A stretch of 64,000 nt of DNA from Podarcis gaigeae (Eukaryota), in assembly GCA_964106915.2 (NCBI GenBank), contig OZ066931.1. One strand, written 5' to 3'. The position numbers and the translations under genes were made by a program. A model generated the notes under the pieces. It searched no databases. It was not told where the DNA came from and saw only the letters and a program-made list of their open reading frames with translations. Positions within the stretch are counted from its first letter, which is position 1, and every line of letters starts with the position of its first letter. Of this stretch, positions 27,401-40,390 are shown one piece after another.

Positions 27401-28396
27401 AAATACAATAGCCCTTTTAGGTGCCACAAGGCTCTTTGTGGATCTTGCTGTAAAGGTACAAAGAATACTAAATAAGGAGAAAGGGTATGTTAGTGCACAC
27501 AACACTACTCTAGCCAGTGCTTTTTACATAACCTATGACTTTTACTTAAAACACTTGCAGACAGTGTATTTATCCTAGATGTACAGAGGGCAGAGCCCAA
27601 TCAAGGTTGCCTGTCACTAGCATATCCAACCCACCACAAATGTCAGTCACACATTCAACGCTTTCCCCATGTCACTACTCTGTACAAATGAAAAAAGGCT
27701 ACGCAGAAACTTCAGCTAATATTTTGAGTGTATGCAAAATATGTAGATTTACACATGTAGAGACTTCAATCATGAAATCATTACTCTGCTACAAAACACC
27801 CATGACTTACACGCCAATGTACTGGGTTGATTCCAGTGCTGCTCGCTCTGCTCACACAACAGACTTCTGCTTGCACAACAGGACGTCTCCCTTGACCCAT
27901 CTCCCTGGCAGCACCCCCTGCCCAACAGTGCACCGCCAAAATGTGTTCCAGGCGGCGGTGGGACAGGCTGGAGCAGATGGTGGGGGTATCATACTGCACA
28001 AGCATGACGTCACTCACAGAGAATTGGATATAACACACTGCATTTAAAATGCTTTGTTTAAAAGTTAAAAGCATTAGTATTCAGTAGTTTCATTTCACAG
28101 AACAGAATTATGGGGATTTTCTACAAAGGATACTTTGCTAATGTTAATGAGTAATAGGATCAGTGCTGGAGCACTGGACAGCTGTGGTCAATTACTGCAT
28201 GAAACCAAGAAAGCCCTTCTGCAGATTGGCAGGCTGCCTTTCTTTGCATCATGGTGTCGTCTGAATTTGAAAAAGCCAGAGAGGTAACTCCTTGCTCCCT
28301 AGCCATCTTAGATTATGGCTACACAGACCTTGTCTGAGCTCCCCCAGCGTTCTAAATAAATGCCAAGAACTATGCAATCCTTTGATCAATGACATG

Positions 28397-28565
28397 CCGT
28401 ATTTTTTGCACCATAATACTCACTTTTTTCCTCCTAGAAAATAAGGGGAAATGTCTGTGCGTGTTATGGAGGGAATGCCTATGGGTGGCATGCCTACGGA
28501 TTTTCCTCCTCTAAAAACTATGTGCGTGTTATGGTCGGGTGCGTGTTATAGAGTGAAAAATACGG
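28397..28565. mobile_element. pogo/Tc2-type MITE (short copy)
   Basis: Termini CCGTATTTTT...AAAAATACGG then TA; related to 31315-31573. Confidence 0.75.
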
Positions 28566-31314
28566 TACATTTGAACACTGTTAATAGCTTAGAATTTAAT
28601 TTAATATGCATAAATCCAACAAAAAGTGAGGCATGCTTAAGCCAACTGAAAGAAATGGAATTAAGCATACCTATTTCTCCACTGGATTTCGGTCACAACT
28701 TAACTTGGGTTTTGTAGTAATACAATTCTACTAAAATAATTAACTGCATTACCTAAAGACGTAAAAAAAATCAACTGACAAGGTTTTTTTATGGCCAACC
28801 ATATTGCTTTCACTCTTGCTTATAGACCCTGAGACCACTACAATGAGTTAAATGGGTAGAATTCACTTATAACAGGGATTCTAACTACAGTATGAATGCA
28901 TCACAACAAAAATTCCCTTACTGATAGCAGTTATGCAGTGATTACTCCACCTGACAGCGTGGTGTAGTGGATCCATGTTGCATATGGATCAAAGAGATTC
29001 AGCTTCAATTTTCTACTAGGCCAAGTCATTATCTTTCAAGAGAAATAGCGAAGCAAATGTATGGTGAACTGAATACAAAGGAGATACCTTGAAAACTAGA
29101 AGGAAACAGAAAAGATTGATGCCTGTCTGAACATCTTCAGACATATGAGTTTAATGTGTTAGCCAAGTAAAGGAAGCAATAGCCAGAGCCCAGATAGTAG
29201 GCCACAGAAGTTGGGACCAAAGTGAAATGAAATGACATGAAGCACCTTAACTATTACATCTGTATCTCATTTGATAACTGAATAGTGGATAAGGTACTTG
29301 ATTTCTTCCCAGGTTTGGCTCCACCACTACAGGCTGAGCTGGATTCTGGCTATTGCTCCATTTACTTGGCTAACAAATATAAACACATAATACTTCAGGT
29401 TTGTGGGCTCAGAGCAGGCATTGTTTTTTAGCCTTTAGGCCAAGACCCAATACCAAGCAGAGTGTGCTCAGGGTAGGCACCAATCTTTTCTGTTTCCCTT
29501 ATATCCTCCTCTTTAGCAGAAACAACATCCTCACCAATACTTAGCATTTATATGATGCTTTGGAGGAGTCAAAGGATTTCACATGTTTTACCTTGCAACC
29601 CATGACGGAAACAAGATTTGCACAAGGTCTCCCATCTTCACAGTCCAGTCTGGACTCTACACTACACTAGCTCTCTAGCTCTTCCAGGTCTGCATTCTCT
29701 AACTTTGTATACTACAGCAACACATACACAAGTTCTACAGCCCAGCTACATAAGATGCAAATGTGTAAGAGGTATACAGTCCCTAAAATTCCCTTCTCCT
29801 CTGAATAACTGGTTAAGTCCTTAGTTGTGCTAGGCAACAGTGGGCCTTTATAATGCATAACATTACTTAAACAGTCCCAGTAAAGAACAACAGAATTTAG
29901 CTAAAATCTGCAGAAGCATTAAAATTGAACAGGAGTCATTACTCTAATTCTTAAATACTAAATAGTGCATGGGCGGGGAACACACATTAGTCTAATGTCT
30001 ACCCAGTCCAAACCAATAATGTTCACAAGGAACAATCAAGCAACCTTATGTCCCTGTCTAGTTGAAGTTCATTAGCTACATATGTGGCAAGTTATTTGGA
30101 AGGGAGTACAGTACCTGCTGGATGTCTGCCAGGGTTTCTATTACACTTGCTTGCTGCTGTGCTGAATTTCTACTGGGGGACTCGCTATCTTTACTTTTCT
30201 TGTAAAACTGATACAATCTGTCTTCTCAGTGTAAAATTTACATAGAGTATCTCTTGGGTGAGGGATAGAAAAGTTCAAAATTTCAGAAAAATCAGGTGGA
30301 AAATGCACGTTTAAATCATGAAGGCAGAAATCCCCCTCCCTCTATATATCAGAAAACTAACAAATCTGAGTTCCAGTTTATGTTTGAAAGCAATCGTATG
30401 TGAAGTTCTCCTCATCTTGCATGCATATTGTAGTATTCAACTACCATATTGCTGAAAGAAATTCAGGGCTGCACCTTCATTTTTTGAAACTCTCTGGGAG
30501 ATGAATGAAAAAATATCAATTTTTATCTGATTTCTGTGAAATTTAAATAGCTTATTATTCACCAATAGAAAGCTCAGCTAACAGAATACTAAAAATATGG
30601 TCACACCTTAGTTATACAAACGCTCCCTCAGCTATATGATCAATGGATACTAAGGATCTGAGTGCTGCTGGATTTCCAAGTAGCACTTAGCTTAAATAGT
30701 GAAGCAGGACTATCATCTGCATACGGTCGTAATGTATTTTGTTAGCAACTGGAAACTTTGCCTGATAACTGTCAGGCATTAGAAGAAACTTTCCAGTGAT
30801 CAGATTGCACTACTAAACACCATTCCTTTCTTTTCTGAAACTACCAGGAACATGTTAAATAGACCTCTGGCCAGCTCTCACATTCCTAACTCTGCCCCAT
30901 CCAACCAGAAAGGATGTGTCAAATCAATCAGCTGTCACTTTCATTCAACCCCAAACAACCAAGGAAATATGGCTGACCGGACTGAGATTACAAAGCAATT
31001 TTTTCAGTCCTGACTGGCCTTACCATATTTTAATCAAGGTATTGTAAGAAGCTGACCCAGTATTTCACTCATAAGGGAAATGTTTTCAAGGCATAAGAGG
31101 TGCCCCACACTTCACTATTATCACGAGCCCTGTTACTTGCCTGAATAAGGGTCACTTACTTACAAGTAAGAGCCTCTGTTTACATATTTTGCGTGGCAGT
31201 CGGGACAGTGGCATCTCTTTTAGATTTTGCATGCAGTTGTCATGGCTGTGATGGGTCGTAGGTGCCCAATCCCTGTCAAGCCCTTTCTACTAGGTAATGC
31301 CAACATATTACCTA

Positions 31315-31573
31315 CCGTATTTTTTGCTCTATAAGACTCACTTTTTCCCTCCTAAAAAGTAAGAGGAAATGTGTGTGCGTCTTATGGAGCGAATGCAGGC
31401 TGCATAGCTATCCCAGAAGCCAGAACAGCAAGAGGGATCGCTGCTTTCGCTGCGCAGCAATCCCTCTTGCTGTTCTGGCTTTTGGGATTCAGAATATATT
31501 TTTTCTTGTTTTCCTCCTCCAAAAACTAGGTGCTTCTTGTGGTCTGGTGCGTCTTATAGAGCGAAAAATACCG
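31315..31573. mobile_element. pogo/Tc2-type MITE with an internal long hairpin
   Basis: TA-flanked; TIRs CCGTATTTTTTGCTCTATAAGAC / GTCTTATAGAGCGAAAAATACCG. Confidence 0.82.
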
Positions 31574-34500
31574 TATGTTTGTGCTTAGCACATCTGTAAG
31601 GGGATCAGTTTGTGTATAAAATATATACTTCTAGTCCCTGAACTACCATCAGCAGAGTGGCCCTGAGAAAAGAGACATTGGGAACCCCTGTTTTACAGCA
31701 TTATTTTGGATAGAAGTCATAATTTAGTAGGAAATACCGTTTAAATAAGATCCAATAGTTCACCTGGTATTTTTCCTTTTGGTAATTAGAAAAAAGAAAA
31801 GTAAGTGGTAGAAGGAAAACAAGAAACTTGTTAGGGCTTAGAAAGAAACCTGGAAAAAAGGAGCTGTCAATTTCCCTTCAAATCATCTACTGAGCATCCC
31901 TTGAAATCAAAGTCGCAAGAGAAAGCTTAGGACGACAACATAGAAAAAACTGTTGCTTGATAAACAAACTATAGTATCCCTTTCTCAAGATGTGGGGTTA
32001 GTAGTTTGCCCACATGCCCACCAATACACTATGGACGGAGGTCTTTCTTGGCTTTTAACATGAAGGTTTCCTTCACAACAGATTAAACCTGAGAAACTAC
32101 AGGCACAAGCATCAGGTCACTTACCCTAGAAGGGTGGTTCCCAATTAGTGGTCTGCAGACCCAACGGGTCCGCGTAACCCAAATGGGAACCACTGCTCTA
32201 GAAGAATGTTCTGAAAGCTGCTGCTTGAGAAGTGAAGTTTTGTCTCCTGGTAACCTGGAGCAGCAGCAAAGCTTAAAGAATTCACTTTTGTGACATGGTT
32301 CGAAGGTTTATATTCCATGCTCTTTCCAGTTTTTTATATTTTCTTGAGTTGTTGATGTAATTCAGATTTTTGTCATCTTTTATTCTTTTACATATTTTAA
32401 TGTGTGTTTTTTTATATTTGACTGCAGCCATTCTGGAGATCTTCTTGTTGAGGAAAAGAAATAACTTGTATCTATTCACAAAGTTACCAAAAGTCCAGTC
32501 TGAGGTTTGCAAGGTGTATCTAAATGTCAGCTAGCAACTAACTTCTACAAGAGGTGAGATGGGGAAAGTATACAAGGTATACTTTCAAGAATGCTGGTAA
32601 TGGGTCTGGAGGGATAATATCAAACTCACTTCTTTTTTATGTGATACCAGAATTTGCTGGTGGACACCAAGCGTGTGTTTGTTTTGGTTAATGCAAAATG
32701 ACTGTTGCTGTTTGTTTTGCATTTATTTGCATACTTCACTGAAAAAATCAGTAACGCTATATTATTAAAAAGAAAATACTGGTAATGGAGGTTGCAGTTT
32801 GCAGAGTGTGTTTCAGCATACTAAAACCAAGCACTAGAGGATAGCGCATTATCTTATTTCTTTGTGCTCTCTCTTGTTAGAAGACAACACCAAATCTCAG
32901 AGTTATTTGAAGTAAAGTTTTGTGAGGCTTGTGTCCAATACAATGTAGGCACTAAAAATGCCTAGTTAAGGGGTCCAAAACAGCAAGCAGGACAGTGGCA
33001 CTTGCAAGAGAAAGCACCTCCCGTAGCAGAAATCACTCCTGTTTTAGGCTGAACCCCTTGAGCCAGCTGCTTCTAAAATGTCACACTGCTCAGTGCTGGT
33101 AGTAGATATACCAACCAGTATACAAATTTAATTAATAATAACAACAACAACCTTCTCTGGAGTTTTAGATTCCCTTCAAACTGGATTTTGAGAAGCTGAA
33201 AAGGTTTCAGAAGACAGCTGGAAAGACCTATGTGTAGCCTAAAGAGAGGATTAAGGAGGACCCATGTTGAGTTCTCAAATGTTTTAAACAAAAGCAACAA
33301 ACAAGAGCTCTGCAAATTCACATCTACCAATGAGTTGTTACACTAGTGCATGAAAGCAGATGTCAAAATATTTTCCTCATATTTAACCTAAACTAGCAAC
33401 AATTCAGTAAAGCTGATGAACACCTAAGGGAAGTTATAGATTCTCAACCACCACACTGGATTTGTCAGAATTATACAATTCCTTCAAGATGGTGAGAGTA
33501 ATCTACTGAAAAAGCAATTTTGTGTGTTTGGCTGATGAGTTTTACAGTGGTGTAAGTTTTCAAGAGGGGGAAACCCTATTCAATCTAGGGTAACTTCCCT
33601 ATGCCAATTTGGGTAAGTTGCAAAAGAAAGTTTTATGATACCCCAGACAGCAACCTATTTATTGCAGTTTATTTTACTTGCATTTAATGAGTAAATCTAA
33701 AAACGGAAACTGCCATGCTTGCCTAATATTGTATTTGCAATTGCATTCATTCATTGTTACTAATGACCTTATGGAGCAATCATTTTTCTGCAGAAAAATA
33801 AAAGCACTAGAAAAATGCCCACCCATTGTTGGGTCTCGCCTTGGACAGCCTTGCAAGGAGTGAATCTTCCAGAGTCAAGCAAAAAAGAAAGCAGGCCTTT
33901 TGAAAGACAAAAACCTATTCACTTGGCAGCATTTGCACTCCTGAGTCTCGCAACCTTCCCTAGAGAAACCTGTCTCGTACATTAGCTTGGTGGTTTCTTG
34001 CTGTTCCCTGCAACACAAGAGAAGTATGTGGCCAGCTTCATGGGGGCTTTTGTTTCAATTTCAACCAGTTAACAGGTCGATTGTCATGGAGGCCATAAAC
34101 TCCTAAGCCAGCACTAAAGAGTCATCATGTATGCTGAAGTTTACCAAAATTTCCACATCACTTGTCAGACCAACTAAGCCTGAACAGGGTGCCTGTTGGG
34201 CAACAGAGTGGTCAATTCTACTGCAGCTGTATCCCCTGACCCTGTTATTGCAGGCCCGGAACACCAAGAGCTCACTTGGTATGCAAGCTAGAAAGGATTA
34301 GAGATCATGTATACGAAATATTCTGAACCTGTCAAGTCCAGCACTGAGTTGTAGTCACCCTACTGAGGAGTCATGATGCATTGTGTTGCAACACACAGGA
34401 TTGCAGTGCTTTCATTCTAATAAAGTCAGTGGCTTCTTTCCACAGCTTCAAGTCTTCCTGCAGTTGTCTCCGTAAGAGGCATCATCATCAAGCAAGAATG

Positions 34501-34760
34501 ACAGCTAAAAGCACACAGAGTCCACTCTGTGAGGCACTTACTGGCTAAACCTAGTAAGTGACTATGTTCTCTGCAGGTCTAAATGCAGGCACTTCTAGGG
34601 CGCCCAATTCAAGGCTGATTCTGTTGTCAATATATGCACACCTATTGGCTGCAGCCTGCTCCTTCCTTTATTGATGTGAGAACATTAAAAGGCTTTAAAA
34701 TGACAGCATCTTTGGATAACTTCCATGGTAACAATTTGGTCCCCTTTTGAACCACACCCT

Positions 34761-35109
34761 GGGACGCGGGTGGCGCTGTGGGTTAAACCACAGAGCCTAG
34801 GACTTGCTGATCAGAAAGTCTGTGGTTCAAATCCCCGCGACGGGGTGAGCTCCCGTTGCTCGGTCCCCGCTCCTGCCCACCTAGCAGTTCAAAAGCACGT
34901 CAAAGTGCAAGTAGATAAATAGGTACCGCGCTGACGGGAAAGTAAACGGTGTTTCCGTGTGATGGTCTGGTTCACCAGAAGCGGCTTAATCATGCTGGCC
35001 ACATGACCTGTATGCCGGCTCCCTCGGCCAATAAAGCAAGATGAGCGCCGCAACCCCAGAGTCGGCCACGACTGGACCTAATGGTCAGGGGTCCCTTTAC
35101 CTTTACCTT
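34761..35109 (+). mobile_element. Sauria SINE, near full length
   Basis: GGGACGCGGGTGGCGCTGTGGGTTAAACC head; (ACCTTT)n tail. Confidence 0.92.
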
Positions 35110-36706
35110 ACTCCAGTTTCATTGCACTTTTCCATTTTCTTCCTAATACTAGGAATCCTTTCCACCAATCATTCAGAGAATGATGCACTTGATAGAAGTG
35201 TTTCTGTCCCAGAAGCTAAAAGCCGCTTGCACTACTCTGCTACGTATGACTGACTTGGGCTGCAATCTTAACTCCACTTACCTAGAAGCCCCACTGAATT
35301 GAATAGTACTTACTTCTGAGTAGACTTGGTTCAGCATTGCATTGTTACTTGGGAACCTGGAACTACAATCCTGTACACATTAGCAGGTCCTTTTGAAGGA
35401 CCTAGCTAACTAAACATACTCAAAGCACAGCATTAGGATGTCACAACTGCAGCGGAATCTGCCAGTGGTGTTGCAGAGTAGCTTAAACTGGGAGCTGCGA
35501 ACTAGGAAGATCCAATTCAGATCTTATGCAGACATAAGCTCATTAGGCAACCTTTGACAACCCCAGCCTCAACCTGGGATGATAAAACTGGTCTATTTTA
35601 CTGAACTGGATTACTAAGATAATGAACAGAAACTTTAAAGTACTATACAGTCACTAAGTATTGTTATTACAATGGTGTAAATACTTCTGAGTAGCCATTG
35701 GCACCAGTATATGAACACACTCTTAAAATGCCATTTGTATCCAGGACAAATGAACCTCACTACATATGCTTCTATAGTTTGATGACTGACTTGACAGTTC
35801 TTTCTTCTGATATTCAAAACAACCTCTTAACCCAGTTTCAAAAAAAACCTGTCAGATTTTGGACCTGTTTGGCTTCCAGGCCAAAAATAAACTTAAGGAT
35901 CTTCTCCACATTAGCCGAATTTTAAAATGCCCTATTGCAGTTTTAATCTCATGTACTGACCGAAAAAAATCTTTTAAAATCTTTACTTACCTGGCCTTTC
36001 AACCCATTTACTTTTTTGTCTTCTAAAATCACAACAGACATTTCACATTCAGCTTTAACCACTATGTCCCCCCCCAAAAAAAAAACTTTTTTGAAATCAG
36101 CTATTGATGTGATAATTTAAGAGATGGCTTGGGGGAGGAGGGAATCAACTTCTACTACTTTAGTTAAGGTACTTCAGATGCTAGACACACATCTGCATCT
36201 CTTTTTGAAGAACCAACTGGACTCCCTGCAAGTTTGCCATAAGACTATGAAAGCCTTTCAAGGCAACACAGAACTAGTCATCCAACAGGTGAAGTATTCC
36301 AAGAAACCAGTCAGCTTGTGTTTAAGAGCAAGAAGCAGAGACAGCCACTCAGCACAGACCAGGCAGATTACCACTGTCCCCACTTGGCCACAATATTCAA
36401 TGGGTGACCTTGGGCCAACCGCTGCCTCTCAACCTAACAACCCACCTCGCAGGGTTGTTGCGAGCATAAAATGTGGAGGAGCAGAATTTCTGTATTCCGC
36501 CTTGAGCTCTCTGGAGGAAAGGCAGGACAAATGCAACGGACTGCAAGAATAATGAGCGATCACCCCGGCCCATTCCTTCAAAGGACGATGCCTGCCTGCC
36601 CCATCTTAAGAACATAAGGATAACCCCTGATGTATTGGGACAATTCAAGCCTGTCTGCCTGGCCCAGCACCAGTGCTTTTTTTTTCCTAAAAAATGTTTA
36701 CAGGTA

Positions 36707-36932
36707 CAGTGGTACCTTAGGTTACATACGCTTCAGGTTACAGACTCCGCTAACCCAGAAATAATACCTCGGGTTAAGAACTTTGCTTCAGGATGAGAAC
36801 AGAAATATTGTGGCTGCGGTGCAGCAGCAGTGGGAGGCCCCATTAACTAAAGTGGTGCTTCAGGTTAAGAACAGTTTCTTGTTAAGTACAGACCTCCGGA
36901 ATGAATTAAGTACTTAACCCGAGGTACCACTG
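36707..36932. mobile_element. Tigger-type MITE, family A
   Basis: TA TSD; TIRs CAGTGGTACC / GGTACCACTG; close relative of 22014-22255. Confidence 0.9.
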
Positions 36933-37039
36933 TACTGTCATTTTGACTCAAGGAAATCACCATTTTATAGTTCAAACCCTGCTAAATTAATATAGTAAAC
37001 GGACAAAAGTACAAAGATTCACAAAGTGTTTAGGGGTAT

Positions 37040-37990
37040 GCATACCCCTGCGTCCCCCCAGAAAAAAGCACTGCCCGGCACCTCAGCACATGCCCATCGT
37101 GGCACAAACATGCAAACTATCCCTGGGATGCAGGGCCGGCTCACCCACGAGGCAAGGCGACTGCCTCGGGCGGCAGGATCCCAATGTCGGCATTTCATCC
37201 CAACCCCCGTCCCTGAGGCACCTCTTCCCTGACCGCCTTCCTCCTCGGTACGGGGAGACTTGGAGGAAGAGTGAGGCGGCGCCATTCCGGGGGGACCGAA
37301 GTGCCGGTCCCCGTCCCTGGAAGCGTGGCGGAGGTGCGGCACTCTCCACATGCCCAGAGGAACCGGCGCGGGCCCTTTCGCGCCCCAGCCAGCCATCCAT
37401 CCATTCATCCACCCGTCCCTCAGCCCGAGCAGGCCCCTTCCCCGCGCCCGGCCACCTGCCCCGTCTCTCGCCTCCACTCACGGCTATAGAGGGCGAGGCA
37501 GGCGGCGTCGGGCCCGGTGCGGGCCTCGAGGCGGAGCGCCTGCTGCTCCTGGTGCCGCTGGATCTCGCCGTTGGCGTCGCCGATGGTCAGGAGCCGCACG
37601 CCGGGGAAGACCGACACCGACGCCGCCGACGCCATCTTGGCATCCCAGGCCCGACCCGCGGCCGCCGCTGCTGCTGCTGCTGTGAGGGGCGCCGAGGAGG
37701 AGGCGCAGCAGCAGGAGGAGAGGCCGGAAGCCGCGCCTCCTGAGCGCTGCCGCTCAGCCAGTGGGACAGCGCCCCGTGCGGGCGGCGGTGGAAGGAGCTC
37801 GCCGCGAAGGAGCCAGTGGACGGGGGGGGGCCGACAAGGGCGGAGGAGGGCGACCCCTGCCGGCCGACAGCGGAGACAGCGCCCGAGGGGAAAAGCGGGC
37901 GAAGGGGAAAGAGGCGAGGTTAAAGGGCCGAAGCGATCGTGCGTGCATTTCCGGATCCCAAGCGCGGCGGCAAATTCCTGCATTGTACGG
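37040..37990. promoter_or_regulatory. CpG island / CARM1 promoter and exon 1
   Basis: Sharp rise in GC and CpG density; GGGCGG boxes; YY1-like CAAGATGGCG overlapping the CARM1 ATG. Confidence 0.88.
37482..37635 (-). CDS. CARM1: CARM1 exon 1 coding part (MASAASVSVFPGVRLLTIGDANGEIQRHQEQQALRLEARTGPDAACLALYS)
   Basis: Strong Kozak aagATGg, C|gtgagt donor; phase 1 matches exon 2. Confidence 0.95.
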
Positions 37991-38040
37991 GGCAAGGATG
38001 CAGTTGGCATGCATTGCAATTCATGGGCAAACTAGTACCT

Positions 38041-38047
38041 ATTATTA

Positions 38048-38118
<71 letters not shown>
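38041..38118. repeat. (ATT)n microsatellite upstream of the CARM1 CpG island
   Basis: About 25 near-perfect ATT units. Confidence 0.95.
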
Positions 38119-38119
<1 letters not shown>

Positions 38120-38439
38120 TCCTGTATGTGCGGAGCAAAAGCAGAGTGGGTATTCATTGAAATGGCAAACTCTGTAGTTGTTGTTGATTTATTTATCCCC
38201 TCCCCCTTTTCCCTGACAGGGACTCAAGGCAGCTTGTAGATAAAATGGGAACAGCAAAAAACATAGAAAAGAAAACAACTATCATAAAAAAAGCTTTTAA
38301 TCATTAATAAAATTAAAATCATATATAAATATAAAAAACTAGTCAAGCAAGTAGGAGCGCAGAAGAGGTTTCTTTCCCTTACAGTGCTTTTCAAATAAAC
38401 TGCACTGCCATAAAGAAGTGGTGGCAGCAGCCAGGGGAT

Positions 38440-38441
<2 letters not shown>

Positions 38442-38484
<43 letters not shown>

Positions 38485-38590
38485 TTTTCTTATTTACATG
38501 CCGCGCTTCTTGCCACAGCCACTCTAGGCGGCTCCCAACAGAATATTACAAACACAATGACACATTAAACAATAAAAACTTCCCTAAACA
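38442..38590 (-). mobile_element. Short L2 3' end with (ATT)n tail
   Basis: CAGCCACTCTAGGCGGCTCCCAACA and AAAACTTCCCTAAACA match the other L2 copies. Confidence 0.65.
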
Positions 38591-39294
38591 AGTTCTTTTG
38601 AGAAGTCTTGTCATTGACTAATCTCCAAGTTCAGAGGCCATATAAGGCAGATGCGCAAGGGACCGCTTTGCGTTTTGGTTTTCTTAATGTAATTATTCTA
38701 TGCACTCTATAATAACAATAATAAAGTTCAACAAAAAAGATAGACAAAGATGTTATGTATGTATGTATGTATGTATGTATTTACTTACTGACTGACAAGG
38801 TCCACACTCCCCCCCCCCCCCCCGAAGAAGCTTAACAGAACGCAGAGGCAACAGGGGAGCTTTTCCCTCTAGAAGGAAGGGTGGGACAATCAAAATTTAA
38901 AAACAGTGTTGCCAGGAAGCTAAAACCAACCCCTTCTGACATGCTGCTTTGCCTGTATGCAATAGTCCCCTCCTCCTTGCCCCTGCAAGGAAGTGCTCAC
39001 AAACATACAAATCTCCCACTGAAGTGGTACAGTTCCTGCGCAGCTTCATTCTGCAAAGTGGTTGATGTGGCCACCAAAGCTTCAAGGAGATGTTTGTAGC
39101 AGGACAAAGGAACCAAGTATGGTGTGAACAGAAATAAAGTTACACTGTGTGGAGGAGAGCAGTTCTGGAAATAGAGCAGAGAACTGAGAGCAGCAGCTGT
39201 TCTGAGACCAGGGAGGTTGAAGTCTGAATTGCCCAGTGTTGAGAAATATTGGTCATTCTCCATTAAACTCACTTCCTGTTGCATCATAGTTTGC

Positions 39295-39510
39295 AGCGCC
39301 AGAGCGGGGAAATCTGTAGTGGCTTAGAATGTGAGACATGGACTCATGGTTCAAATCCCAACTGCAATAAAACTCCCAGGGCAACCCTGACCAAGTCAGT
39401 TATCTCTCAGCCTAACCTGCCTCACAAGGCTGTTGTGAGAGGGGAAGCAGTATGCGTGCCACTTTGAGTTCTTTGGAGGAAGGGTAGGGTAAAAATAAAG
39501 GAAATAACAA
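39295..39510 (+). mobile_element. Degenerate CORE-type SINE
   Basis: GGTTCAAATCCC box B; CTCTCAGCCTAACCTGCCTCACAAGGCTGTTGTGAG core-like segment. Confidence 0.55.
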
Positions 39511-39653
39511 GTAAAAGGGGATTGAGCCCATTTATCTGTGCAAATTAACTGACCAGCATCATTCTTGGTATCTGTCTCCATTCGTGGCCCTCACTTAGGC
39601 TTAATTTCAAGATAATTCCTCCTTGCACCATGAGCCCTGAAAGCCAAAATATA

Positions 39654-40041
39654 GGTAAATGGTAAAGGTATGGTAAAGGACCCCTGGATGGTTAAGTCCA
39701 GTCAAAGGCGACTATGGGGTTGTGGCACTCATCTCGCTTTCAGGCCGAGGGAGCCGGTGTTTGTCCACAGACAGCTTTCCAGGTCATGTGGCCAGCATGA
39801 CTGAACCACTTCTGGTGCAACGGGACACCGTGATGGAAAGCAGCACAGAAACGCTGTTTACCTTCCCACCAAAGTGGTACCTGTTTATCTACTTGCACCG
39901 GCGTGCTTTCGAACTGCTAGGTTGGCAGGACCTGGGACAGAGCAATGGGAGCTCACCCCGTCACAGGGATTTGAACCGCTGACCTTCCAATCAGCAAGCC
40001 CAAGAGGCTCAGTGGTTTAGACCACAGCGCCACCCACATCC
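39654..40041 (-). mobile_element. Sauria SINE
   Basis: (AAAGGT)n tail, conserved core, head at the right end. Confidence 0.9.
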
Positions 40042-40066
40042 TGAAATACCAACTTATAACACCATA

Positions 40067-40390
40067 AAAAGGTAAAGGGACCCCTGACAGTTAAGTCCAG
40101 TTGCGAACGACGCTGGGGTTGCGGCGTTTGTCCGCTCCGCAGACAGTTTTTCTGGGTCATGTGGCCAGCATGACTAAGCCGCTTCTGGCAAAACCAGAGC
40201 AGTGCACGGAAACGCTGTTTACCTTCCCGCCAGAGTGGTATCTATTTATCTACTTGCACTTTTTGGCGTGCTTTTGAACTGCTAGGTTGGCAGGAGCAGG
40301 GACCGAGCTCACCCCATTGCGGGGATTTGAACCTTTTGATCAGCAAACCCTAGGCTTAGTGGTTTAGACCACAGCGCCACTCACATCCCA
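40067..40390 (-). mobile_element. Sauria SINE with 13-bp TSD
   Basis: TSD TTATAACACCATA (40054-40066, 40391-40403). Confidence 0.92.

Noticed and set aside
26727-27411. Nested protein-coding gene in CARM1 intron 1
   Set aside because: Frameshifted, 5'-truncated BovB remnant
37019-38048. Long overlapping ORFs (150-217 aa) around CARM1 exon 1
   Set aside because: Stop-codon scarcity in a CpG island; low-complexity products with no recognisable domains
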